Positions 1 to 11,329 of a stretch of 64,000 bases of DNA are shown piece after piece. This DNA comes from Octopus sinensis (Eukaryota): positions 9,672,001-9,736,000 of the forward strand of contig NC_043021.1 in the NCBI RefSeq assembly GCF_006345805.1, read 5' to 3'. Below the pieces are notes generated by a model. That model saw only the letters and a list, made by a program, of their open reading frames with translations, was not told the origin of the DNA and did no database searches. Both the position numbers and the translations under genes were made by a program. Position 1 is the stretch's first letter. Each line of letters starts with the position of its first letter.

Positions 1-745
1 AGCTGGAATTCTTAAAGCATCTCTCCACAATCTTGGAGAATTTAGCTTAATTAACAGAAGGAAAATTCTTCACATTTAAAGAGAAATGCAATTTTTTCCT
101 TCTAAAGTGGAACAGAAGATTTTACTCATCAGTTTAAAAAAAAAAAAAATTTCAATTTGGTTGGAAAGTCTGAATTTCTTTCAGTTCATTATAAAATAAG
201 ATTAAAAAAAAAAATATTTGCTTAATTACCAAATATTGAATATTTGGTAATTAATTATGTATTCGCTGTTATGATCCAATAACAACCATTCTTTAATGGT
301 TCCATAGCAGGAAACAGACTATGTCAAGCAATTCTCACCAATACGCCATGTTCTTCAGTAAGCTGTTCTCCTCAAAGACAGGCAATCCAACAGGTGGTGC
401 TGGTAGCCGCTGTGCTAAGACCAAAAGAGTATGTTTGCTGCCATAGCAATACAACACACAGCTATGTATGGACTTTTCCTTTCACCTACAATAACAAGAA
501 CAACAACAATAATTATAATAATAATAAACCTTTCTATTATAGGCACAAGGCATGAAATTTCGGTGGGGTTGGGTGGCTAGTCGATTGCAATTAACCCCAG
601 TGCTTGACTGGTACTTATTCTATCGACCCCGAAAGGATGAAAGATAAAGTCAACCTTGGCAGAATTTGAACTCAGAACTTAGCAACGGCCAAAATACTGC
701 TAAGCATTTCATCCAGCACGCTAACAATTCTGCCAGCTCACTGCC

Positions 746-781
<36 letters not shown>

Positions 782-1599
782 TCTAACCACAAGGCCTGAA
801 ATTTCAGGGGAGGGTGGGGGAGGGTACTCGATTGCATCGACCCCAGTATTCAACTGGTATTTATCTTATCAACCCCAAAAGGATGAAAGGTAAAGCCAAC
901 CTCAGCAGAATTTGAACTCATCATCATCATCATCATCATTTAGCATGGGTTGGACGAGTTGACTGAGAACTGGCGAACTAGATAGCTGCACCAGGCTCCA
1001 ATCTGATCTGGCAGAGTTTCTACAGCTGGATGCCCTTCCTAACGCCAACCACTCCGAGAGTGTAGTGGGTGCTTTTTACGTGCCATCGACTTATCCCTAC
1101 CCCAAACTTGCGGGCCATATGCCAAACTTTAAACCAATATATCAAAGTGGTGAGCTGACAGAATCATTAGCATGCTGGGGAAAATACTTAGTGGCTTTTC
1201 ACCCATCTTTCCGAGTTCAAATTCGAGATCAATAAAATAAGAACCAGTTGAGCATTAGAGCTGATCTTATTTACTTATCCCTTCCCCTAAACTTGCTGGC
1301 CTTGTGCCAAAATTCGAAATCAATACTACTACAACATAAATTGATCAATTACTAAGAATTTATAAATTTCAAGAGAACATGAAATAATTTTTTTTTTGGA
1401 ACAGTGGATCTCCAAGCAGATGATAAAGCTATAAATTACAGTATGTAAATGTTAAGTTAAAAAACCCTTTGGTTAGAAAAGATTGAAGGCTGCCTATTGG
1501 ATTAGAACTTACGTCTGTAAAGATGACAGGGGCTCTACCATCGGACCAAAGCAATCCTTTGAATTTCTCTGTTCATTTTAGAGTTTTATACTTACCAAT

Positions 1600-1900
1600 A
1601 AAATTTTTTAAATGGTGGTTCTGAAGAAAGAACATGGATGTCCTCAAAGGTTCATCAACTCGGTCAGATCCCTACATGAAGGAAAGCAGGCACTTGTAGC
1701 ACAAAATAACAATGCCTCAAGCAAGTTTGTGGTGACAAATGGAGTTAAACAAGGTGGGATGCTTGCTTCAGCACTGTTCTCTCTCTACCTTGCAGCAGTG
1801 TCGGAATTTGCTTTGAGGGAGTTGTAGAGGGGATCTACATCCAGACACAGCATGATGCTGATCTGTACAATGCAGTACAGTATTCTTACCAATGACAGAA
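1600..1900 (+). mobile_element. RTE-clade LINE reverse-transcriptase fragment, decayed
   Basis: ORF 1612..1827 contains GCPQRFINSVRSLHEG...FVVTNGVKQGGMLASALFS, matching the RTE motif GCPxKFI...VTNGVKQGCVLAP; continues past a stop/frameshift as GIYIQTQHDADLYN. Confidence 0.8.
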
Positions 1901-3147
1901 CTCCTGTCATCTTTACAGGAGATGTGGGTTCAAAGCCCATGAGGATCCTTTGATTTTTTCTGTCCAAAGGGCTGTTTTTAAACCCACTATTTACACCCTT
2001 TTGTTTATAGTTTCAAAGTTGACTAATTAACACCACAAAACAGCAGAAATTTTGACTTACCTATCCGAGCACATTTCCAGAAAGTACCTAGGAAACTGGA
2101 AATTGAAAATAATAAAAAAAAAGAGCATTATTAAAGCATCTCCATGATATTACTGTTATAGGGGAGGAAAATTATACAGTAGGCTATTACCACATAAGAA
2201 TGAATAAATTTCTAGTACCCTTAACAGGCGAGCTGGCAGAATTGTTAACATGCTGGGTAAAATGCTTAGCAGCATTTCGTCTGTCTTTACATTTTGAGTT
2301 CAAATTCCACCAAGGTTGACTTTGCCTTTCATCCTTTCGGGGTTGATAAAATAAGTACCAGTTGAGGACTGGGGTCGATGTAATCAGCTTACCTCCTCCT
2401 CTGAAATTGCTGGCCTTGCACCAAAATTTGAAGCCAATTTCTTGTAGTTCTGAAGAACTTGCCCTCAGCCCTACAGTTTTCTAAAACAGTGGATCTTAAT
2501 ATGGATAACAGAGTCTTCTTGGGACCGTTGTAAGCTCAAAAAGGATGGCAAACATCAAGAGGGTGCTACAGGGGACACTGAGTGTTAGAGGAGGCATTAT
2601 TCTCCAAACAAATAAAATATTTAAACCAGGTCTAATACTTATATTTTAAACATATTTTCAAGAAACAAAAATCTTTATTAGTATTAAAAAATAAATTGGC
2701 AATCCGTTGATTATGACATACATATATATATATATATATATACATACATATACATACATATATACATATACATATACATACATATATATATATATATACA
2801 TACATATATATATACATATATACATAAATACATATACATACATATATATATACATACATATAAATATACATATATACATATACATCATCATCATCATCGT
2901 TTAGCATCTGCTTTCCATGCTGGCATGGGTTGGACGGTGCAACTGGGGTCTAGAAAGCCAGGAGGCTGCACCAGGCTCCAGTCTGATCTGGCAATGTTTC
3001 TATGGCTGGATGCCCTTCCTAACGCCAACCACTCCATGAGTGTAGTGGGTGCTTTTTACGTGCCACCTGCACAGGTGCCAGACAAGTCTGGCAAACAGCC
3101 ATGGTTGGATGGTGCTTTTTACATGCCACTGGCACGGAAGCCAGTCA

Positions 3148-3180
<33 letters not shown>

Positions 3181-3182
<2 letters not shown>

Positions 3183-3587
3183 TCTTTACTCTTTTACTTG
3201 TTTCAGTCATTTGACTGCGGCCATGCTGGAGCACCGCCTTTAGTCGAGCGACTCGACCCCGGGACTTATTCTTTTTTTGTAAGCCCAGTACTTATGCTAT
3301 CGGTCTCTTTTGCCGAACCGCTAAGTAACGGGGACATAAACACACCAGCATCGGTTGTCAAGCAATGCTAGGGGGACAAACACAGACACACAAACAAACA
3401 CACATACATATATATACACATATATACGACAGGCTTCTTTCAGTTTCCGTCTACCAAATCCACTCACAAGGCATTGGTCGGCCCGTGGCTATAGCAGAAG
3501 ACACTTGCCCAAGATGCCACGCAGTGGGACTGAACCCGGAACCATGTGGTTGGTTAGCAAGCTACTTACCACACAGCCACTCCTGCG

Positions 3588-3590
<3 letters not shown>
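3181..3590 (-). mobile_element. tRNA-derived SINE family A, full length
   Basis: AGGCGCAGGAGTGGCTGTGTGG head, GGTTCAGTCCC B-box-like motif, internal TA/TG microsatellite, GTAAAAGA tail repeats. Confidence 0.85.
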
Positions 3591-3635
<45 letters not shown>

Positions 3636-3799
3636 CATATATATATACATACATACGTACATACATGCATATATATATATATACATTAGTAAAAGAGACT
3701 GATCTAGCTAGTTTGGACATAAAGCAGGTAAAATATTTGGGCTGGATATGGCCAGTCTAAATGCTAAAAGCTTAAAATTGTGACAACTCAAAACAAATA

Positions 3800-4080
3800 T
3801 ACAATTAACAAGTCCAAGAGCAAACGAAGGATTAAAATAAAATGATTTCAATAGTACATACCCTTGTTTATTTTTGTCCAGGAGGGCAGGGAAAAATGCT
3901 CGTAGATATGTACAGGTACAGATCACCAACAACACTACTGTCAACAAACTTTGGAAGTTGAACAAAGCAGACTGGAAGAAGAACAAAAATAATGCATTAG
4001 TAACAATGAAGCTGGTAATGTCAAGGATAACACAAGATGAGGAGGCATTCAGAGAAACTGATGGAAACATAACCAAGTTT
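3800..4080 (+). mobile_element. Possible non-LTR retrotransposon ORF2 fragment (post-endonuclease linker)
   Basis: [12 protein letters not shown] resembles the xxxNxxKADWxxF motif that follows APE domains; truncated by a SINE. Confidence 0.4.
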
Positions 4081-4469
4081 AGGCGCAGGAGTGGTTGTGT
4101 GGTAAGTAGCTTGCTTACCAACCACATGGTTCCGGGTTCAGTCCCGCTGAGTGGCACCTTGGGCAAGTGTCTTCTACTATAGCCTCGGGCCGACCAAAGC
4201 CTTGTGAGTGGATTTGGTAGACGGAAACTGAAAGAAGCCCGTCCTATATATGTATATATATGTGTGTCTGTGTTTGTACTCCTAGTATTGCTTGACAACC
4301 GATGCTGGTGTGTCTATGTCCCCGTCACTTAGCGGTTCGGCAAAAGAGACCGATAGAATAAGTACTGGGCTTACAAAGAATAAGTCCCGGGTTCGAGTTG
4401 CTCGATTAAAGGTGGTGCTCCAGCATGGCCGCAGTCAAATGACTGAAACAAGTAAAAGAGTAAGTAAAA
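4081..4469 (+). mobile_element. SINE family A; further near-full copies at 19102-19495, 22634-23060, 48926-49313, 51736-52124, 58437-58848 (+) and 60165-60558 (-), plus many fragments
   Basis: Near-identical ~400-bp copies. Confidence 0.85.
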
Positions 4470-4579
4470 CCCCCCCAGCTGGCAACCAGTAGGGTGGAGG
4501 CTGTCCTCTCAACCAATATACTGCTGTGGGTGCTGCTGGATAACAGACTCTGGTGATGATGTTATTATTTGTTGGCTAG

Positions 4580-4960
4580 TGGAGCAGCAATGGCCCATTG
4601 GTTAGGGCAGTGGACTCGCGGTCATAGGATCGCAGTTTCGATTCCCAGACCGGGCGTTGTGAGTGTTTATTGAGTGAAAACACCTAAAGCTCCACGAGGC
4701 TCCGGCAGGGGATGGTGGTGATCCCTGCTGTACTCTTTCACCACAACCTTCTCTCACTCTTACTTCCTGTTTCTGTTGTACCTGTATTTCAAAGGGCCGG
4801 CCTTGTCACTCTCTGTGTCACGCTGAATATCCGCGAGAATTACGTTAAGGGTACACGTGTCTGTGGAGTGCTCAACCACTTACACGTTAATTTCACGAGC
4901 AGGCTGTTCCGTTGATTCGGATCAACCGGAACCCTCATCGTCGTAACCGACGGAGTGCTT
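4580..4960 (+). mobile_element. SINE family D (tRNA-like head); also 41703-42003 and 43075-43368
   Basis: GGAGGCGCAATGGCCCAGTGGTTAGGGCAGCGGACTCGC...GGTTTCGATTCCC tRNA-like head with shared body. Confidence 0.8.
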
Positions 4961-7030
4961 CCATCCATTTGTTGGCTATGTGGTCAAGAAACTTGCTTCC
5001 TAATCCCTTGGTTCCAGGTTCAGTCCCACTGCATGGTACCTTGGGTAGAGCAAGTGTCATCCACTATAGTCTCGGGCCAATATTTCCAATGTCCTGTGAA
5101 AACATGTCCAGCCATGGGGAAATATTATCTGTGTAGCACCTTGGGTGTCCTCTACTATATAGCCTTAAGTTGACCAAGGCCTTCTGAATGGATTTGGTAG
5201 GCAGAAACTGATGTACTAGAGGATACTTACCCAAGGTGCCATACAATGGGACTGAACTCGGAATCATATGGTTCGGAAGCAGACTTCTTAACACACAGCC
5301 ATACCTGCACCAGTTTGTTTTATTTTTTGTAACGAAAGGGATTCAGACTTAACCCTGTGGTTCAGAAGTTTGCTTCTCAACTACTAGATCGACTCCACTA
5401 CATGGCACCTTGAGCAAGTATCTTCTACTATCATCACTTCCTTGTGTAGACGGAAACTGCGCGAATCGGTTACACAACAGGAAGAAATGCTGATAATCGG
5501 TGCGTCAAACAAAAAATGCTTTCCTCTTTTCTCTCGCCATCAGAAATGTAGTGTAATAATTAGTGATTGTCCTGTTGGGTACAGTTAACCAACAAACGAC
5601 GCTATTGTTCACAATATGCTTGATGTATAATATAAAATGTAATGTACGATATGTTAGCCTTTGAACCCTGGTTGCGTTAGACAACCGAGTGTACGTCAAG
5701 CCATGTAAGGTAAAGTTTAACGAACAAGAAGCAGTGTCGTTTACAAGGTTTCGTGTATTTATAAAAGTTGGCAAATTTAGAGAGAAATTTTTCCTTCTAC
5801 TTTCTCTCTCTCCGATGAAATGTTTCTCTCAAAACGTCAGCAAACTCAGCCATTATTTCAAATCACACACACACACATACATATATATATATAGTCACTT
5901 ATTGTCTTTTAAATAATAACCGGTTGATATTATCTGTGAGTACAAGAGGATTCCGCTTTCTACGGGAATTAATATTTCTTTATAAATTTAGATATTAAAG
6001 TCGAACTGCAGAATGTGTCGATAAAATTGACACACACACTCTTATACATACAGACGCATACATACACACACTATAGTATCCTGAGGCACTCGCAGCCTCC
6101 TCGAAATCGAAACCAAATTCCAAGAATTCGGAAATAAAGCAACGATGCAAAATTTAGTTTAATAAGCGACCCTCGGTTGCGAAATTAGGTTTACTTTCAA
6201 AATTGATGCCAGTAGCTATTTGAAAGCACCGTGAAAAGTAATGTTATACTTCTCACAAGGGCCGGCTCGGCAGCATTGTAGATCCTTATTGATCATCACT
6301 GGGCCCTGTAGGATTTCTTTAGTGACAGCAAGCCACAGCATACATAGATCAGAACTGCAACACCACCTTCTCAAATTCGACTCCCCCCTCCTGCATCTGT
6401 CCAGTGGGTACATACCTTAAGACAGCTGTGGTTATCTCACAGAACGAAAAACCTTGCTAAAAGTGTTAATATTAATTCGCTTCTCCTAGCGACAACACAC
6501 AAAAAGAACTTTTGGTGAGATATGATTGCGAACTGGATTCTGCTGACGCAAACTATCGTTAATTTCTTCAGACTCCAGTGCTCTATAGTCCTACATGTAA
6601 CAGGGAACGGCTCTTTCCGTTTTGAGTTCGAATCCCACCGAGACCAACTTTGCGTTTCAATTCACCCCGTCGATAAAATAACGGACTATTCAATCAGATT
6701 CTTTCTATTCAAACAACATAGCATTCTATTAAACAACATAGCATTCTATTGAACAGCAAATACTCGTTAAATATTTTTCATTTAATAATGTTATAACTTT
6801 ACATCAAGGAGTGAAACGAACTGTTTCCTGTAATTCAGGCCGCCTCGTGATTCCTGCTGCAGACAAAATGGAAAAGGCGTTGCCCCAGATGGCGACGGGG
6901 ATGCCCTGGAACAGCGACTGACTCACGGGGCTCGCACTTGCGGATAGAAATAGAGGATCGGTCAAGAACTAAGGACAATTGATATTCTAATAACGAATTC
7001 ACTATGTAAAAAGAATCATAACAGAGAACA

Positions 7031-7069
<39 letters not shown>

Positions 7070-7181
7070 TGTGTACAGTGCTCAGGTGCACTACAACTCA
7101 TCTAAAGTGTATATATAATCAGGTGTAGTTTCGGCGGATTTCGGAAAGCATGAGGGCCTTAAAGGATGCAGTGTCATGGCA
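7031..7181 (-). mobile_element. 5'-truncated CR1-type LINE 3' end with (TTA)n tail
   Basis: Minus strand reads CHDTASFKALMLSEIRRNYT*; homologous to 63575-64000; AAT microsatellite at 7031-7069 is the tail. Confidence 0.75.
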
Positions 7182-8363
7182 AGAATGGCTTTCGTCAAAC
7201 CTACTAACAGAAGGGATTTCAGAGCAGACGAAGGCTCCTTTGCATAGACATTCGACCTGTCCATGTGTTACAGTTCGTAAATGAAAGAAGGAAGAGAAAG
7301 ATCCCTTAATTTATTTCTTAAACTGAATATTTGGCTTTTGCTTGGGTCTCACGTTGCAACCATCCAGGTATGTGTGCGTATATATACATACACACACATA
7401 TTATATTGCTTATATTATATTATATTATAATTGCACACATATGCAGGGTAGAGGAAACAGGCTCACAGATCCACACCTTTTTAATAACGGTAATCTAGTT
7501 TGTTTTTTTTACCGGAATCCAAACAGCAAAAAAAAGTTTGATGAATTATTGCAGTAAATCAATGTTATTCGCTCAAGATCGATTCAAAATAGCCTATAGA
7601 AACTGTCATTAGCTTTGAGGGTGAGAGAGGAGCCAGAAAAATAAGACGAAGAAATATTAATATTTTTGTTAAAACAAATGACAACTGTTACACACGACGT
7701 TAATTGATGAAATTTCCAACTCTTTTAAGAAAAATGTTGATTTAAGAAATACAGCTCGATAAATTTACCGTTCTGTAAAGGGAGGAGGAAGGAAATATTT
7801 ATAGATTCATATTGATCTCTACGTAGAAAAATGACAAATACACGAATATATTTTGATTTCTAATTCTAGGTGTTTATAAACAACGATATCAACACTCACC
7901 ATTTTCGCCGACGTGTTGGCCCAGCCGAAGTCGGATGCGACGACGCCAGCGATTGGTCAGATTGGTTAACCAATCGATGCACATTTCTTCTGACAAGTTT
8001 CTGATGGATGGAGCAGTCATCAGTTGAAATTTGTATGAATCGTCAAAATTTGTAAATTATTCTGGGTGTTTAGTCCCAGATCATCCCCATTCTGATATAC
8101 AATTAAAAGGCATTCCACCTTCTTTAGACTATGCAATCTAATACAAGTGTGCCTTTTCTCTGACTGTGCTTCTTCATAACTTTTTATAAAAGTGGCTACT
8201 TTTTAATATAATTTTCTACAAATGCTTTTCAGATGGTCTGGGTAAATAATGATTATATCGGAATTCAAAGTAGAAAAGAACAAACTGATTGGCGAGCACG
8301 CATACATGCTGGCACATATAATTCATACACACACACTCACACATATATATATATAAAGTTAAA

Positions 8364-8592
8364 GGCGGCGAGCTGGCAGACACGTTAGCACGCCGGTCGA
8401 AATGCTTAGCGGTATTTCGTCTGCCGTTACGTTCTTAGTTCAAATTCCGCCGAGGTCGACTTTGCCTTTCATCATTTCGGGGTCGATAAATTAAGTACCA
8501 GTTACGCCCTGGGGTCGATGTAGTCGACTTAATCCCTTTGTCTGTCCTTGTTTGTCCCCTCTGTGTTTAGCCCCTTGTGGGTAGTAAAGAAA
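8364..8592 (+). mobile_element. SINE family B; other copies at 10822-11030, 11617-11843, 52998-53211 (+) and 15601-15840, 22387-22568, 38921-39325 (two in tandem), 60928-61355, 61547-61775 (-)
   Basis: GGCGAGCTGGCAG head, GAGTTCAAATTCC B box, CCTTTCATCCTTTCGGGGTCGATAAATTAAGTACCAG core, AAAGAAATA tail. Confidence 0.85.
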
Positions 8593-9071
8593 TATATATA
8601 TATAAAGTTAAATAAGGCCGGTTTATGGGATTGCTTTAGGTTTCACGTCCATAAGGCGCTCAGCTTTACAGCGTATCGTCAGATGCCAAACCTATTGGCT
8701 TTGTCATGAACGACAAATGAGGGTTCAGTAAAATAAAACGTTAATCATGTACTATGGACACAAATGTGTCTCTCTTGAGGCTTGCTGGTGCCTTGCAAAC
8801 CTTTTGGTAAATGGAACAAGTTGCGGACTCAGTTTGCTTGAGTGCTTGTGGATCATTTACTATGTGTTATTTTGAGTGGACGGCAGCGCCTGCTTTGCTT
8901 TTTGCCGCAAATTACAATGACAGGTGAAGTTTCCATTTAGGGGAGCAGAGTGCCTTCGTGCTTGCAGGAAGTTGGTCCTGATCTGAAGAGAAGCAGGTCC
9001 TGCGTTCTGATGCTTTGTTTTCCCATGAAATGTAGTGATGTATGTCAGTATGTATGTGTGCGCGCCCACTA

Positions 9072-9110
<39 letters not shown>

Positions 9111-9477
9111 ATTCAGATATAATCGTAATTCACATCATCTGAAAGGAATTTGTAGAAGATTTTATTAAGACTTATCTATTCTTCTCAAAGTTATGAGGAA
9201 ACAAAGTCAGGAGACGGGGAGGGTGCATTTGCGAAGAAATATCACAAGATGTACTGTCGGGCGGAAGGTGCATCTGTGACGTGAGTAATAAACCTACAAA
9301 CTTCAAAGTATTCCTATACGCAATACAATTTCAACCTAACTCAATCTTTGCTTTTAAATATGATTTATTAAATTAGAAAACAAATTACAAATATGAAACT
9401 GCATGAAGAGAATTATGGCGAAAATAAAGAACACACACATCTGGTGTTTAGGGTTAGGGTTAGGTTTAAGGTTACGC

Positions 9478-9543
9478 CGAAAACTGGTCTGCCTATTCTT
9501 TACCTCCGCCGAAAACTGGTCTGCCTATTCTTTACCTTCGCCG
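9478..9543. repeat. ~33-bp direct repeat x2, preceded by short TTAGGG-like repeats
   Basis: CGCCGAAAACTGGTCTGCCTATTCTTTACCT occurs twice. Confidence 0.8.
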
Positions 9544-9840
9544 AGAATTATGATAAAGAAAATTTACTATCTTTCGTGTATGTACTAAGCTCACTGAATC
9601 CAGAATATACACTTCTAATAAATGGCAATCTGTAGCAAAGAGAGAAAATATATTTAGTTAATAGTTAAGAAAAGCAAGGGAGACAACTCCTGAATTTCAA
9701 TTCATCAAACCTGACATGTATGTTGTGATAGATTCCCAGTGCGAGCTAGCGAGGCTAAACTGAGAGGACAGTAAAAGGCCTAATGGTTTGACAATTTTCC
9801 CGTTTGACCCGGTCATAAAACCAAAAAAAAAAAAAAAGTG

Positions 9841-10190
9841 GGATCTTTTCCTTTTGAACGGCAGTTTTCAACACAATTTCTAGTTAACTAAACACTTTTA
9901 AACTTAGAATGGTAGAATGTGTCAAAATAAAACATTTTTTTCTCTTGGCTTTCTTGAGAAAATTGTAATTTGTAAGTTTAACGTAGTTTAATTTTTCGAA
10001 TTTTAACCAATCCTACTGAGCTAAAATCATTTGCTGCGTTAACTACGTTAAACTTACAAATTACAATTTTCTCAAGAAAGCCAAGAGAAAAAATGTTTTA
10101 TTTTTACATATTCTACCAGTATACGAAGTTTAAAAGTGTTTAGCTAACTAGAAATTGTGTTGAAAACTGCCGTTCAAAAGGAAAAGATCC
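9841..10190. mobile_element. Palindromic MITE, ~150-bp arms, ~50-bp spacer
   Basis: GGATCTTTTCCTTTTGAACGGC ... GCCGTTCAAAAGGAAAAGATCC; a half copy at about 40110-40265. Confidence 0.8.
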
Positions 10191-10191
10191 A

Positions 10192-10550
10192 AATAGTGTA
10201 ATAGGTGTAAAACAAATTCCTCTAAACGAATATAATAAAAAAAGAAAATGCGCGCTCGCGAAAGTGGGGTGGGGGAGAGGCCTCGAAGCCTCGGAAAATT
10301 CACATCGTGAATTTCCGAAAGCGACTGAGGGTCTGACCCGGGCACAAAAACAACAAAATAAAGAGTGTAATGTGTGTAAAACAACTTTCTCAAAACAAAT
10401 ATGACCGAAAAAATCCGCGCTCGCGAAAGTGGGGTGGGGGAGAGGACTCGGAAAATTCACATCTTCAGTCCATGGCCTTTAAACTACAGTGCTTGACCCG
10501 GGTCGGAAAAAAAATTTTAAATAGTGTAATTGGTGTAAAACTACTTGTTA
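10192..10550. repeat. Degenerate ~175-bp CpG-rich tandem repeat, a little over 2 units
   Basis: CGCGCTCGCGAAAGTGGGGTGGGGGAGAGG and CTCGGAAAATTCACATC each occur twice; AATAGTGTAAT-GGTGTAAAAC-like motif occurs three times. Confidence 0.8.
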
Positions 10551-11236
10551 TAAACGATTATCAAGAACATACACACACAAAGAGAAATGGTTGGTTCAAG
10601 GCAAGTGTGCATTGAACTGAATTTAAATAAGCAAGAAAGATATTATCAAAGAAAAGGCCCCACAAGTTTCCGTCTACCAAATCCCTTTGGTCGGCTCGAT
10701 GATATAGCAGAAGACACTTATCCAAAGAGCACGCAGTGGGATTGAACCCGGAACTATGTGGTTGGGAAGCAAGCGTCTTACCACACAGCTATGCCTGCGC
10801 CTAAGCACAATGTTCTCTCTGGCAGAAACGTTAGCACGCCGGGCGAAATGCTTAGCGGTATTTCGTCTGCGTTACGTTGTGAGTTCAAATTCCGCCGAGG
10901 TCGACTTTGCCTTTCATCCTTTCGGGGTCGATAAATTAAGAACCAGTTACGCACTGGGGTCGATGTAATCGACTTAATACCTATGTCTGTCCCCTCTGTG
11001 TTTAGCCCCTTGTGGGTAATAAAGAAATAGGTATAAAACTTCTGATTACAACCAGGCATTAAGCCCACCAGTTCTCACAACGTATCTGTATTTTTTCTAC
11101 AAGCATGGCGAATTCTTTCGTTCTTAGAGGTAGAAGTATACAGTTCAATATTTTGTTTTGTTATCAGATAAATTCGTTCACATTTTACTATCATTTATTT
11201 TTTAATCTTTATTATTTCGACGATGAGAAAGCAGCT

Positions 11237-11309
11237 GGTTCCATGGTGTAGTGGTTATCACATCTGCTTAACACGCAGAAGGTCGTGAGTTCGAAACTCG
11301 CTGGAACCT
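11237..11309 (+). tRNA. tRNA-Val, anticodon AAC (11270-11272)
   Basis: 73-nt cloverleaf: acceptor stem GGTTCCA/TGGAACC, anticodon stem TCTGC/GCAGA with loop TT-AAC-AC, T stem GTGAG/CTCGC with loop TTCGAAA; A and B boxes intact. Confidence 0.9.
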
Positions 11310-11320
11310 CAAAGGGCTAC

Positions 11321-11329
11321 TTTTTTTTT
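11321..11329 (+). terminator. Pol III T-run terminator of tRNA-Val
   Basis: T9 about 12 nt downstream of the tRNA 3' end. Confidence 0.75.

Noticed and set aside
290-486. Possible minus-strand terminal exon (ERKSPYIAVCCIAMAANILFWS*)
   Set aside because: Only an acceptor-like site and a short hydrophobic peptide; no recognisable homology, so not called as CDS
2632-4298. ORF-track entries rich in YI/YM/IH repeats or [12 protein letters not shown] / [20 protein letters not shown] peptides (also at 22402, 48643, 51728, 58301 etc.)
   Set aside because: Translations of TA microsatellites and SINE A copies
4583-4660. tRNA-like heads here and at 27683, 40297, 41703, 43075 as tRNA genes
   Set aside because: Each continues into a shared SINE body and lacks a closed acceptor stem
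6798-7010. RNase P or MRP RNA (resemblances: GTGATTCC/GACTCAC pairing, TGGAACA, AGGACAAT, TAACGAATTCA, CACGGGGCTC)
   Set aside because: The universally conserved CR-I (GGAARNUCNG, or GAAAGUCCCC for MRP) and room for P2/P3 are missing, and the upstream sequence is AT-rich; the short motif matches may be chance
8605-8690. CTGACGA...GAAA on the minus strand as a hammerhead
   Set aside because: No stem III/NUH or stem I partner could be formed; other CTGATGA hits (23589, 37464, 48526, 48815) lack GAAA
8620-9060. Moderately GC-rich unique-looking segment with small hairpins and a faint likeness to RNase MRP (GCAGAGTGCC..CGTGC)
   Set aside because: No GAAAGUCCCC/GGGGCU P4 pair, no convincing ORF or splice pattern
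9447-9470. TTAGGG repeats as a telomere or telomerase template
   Set aside because: Only 2-3 degenerate units inside a repeat-like segment
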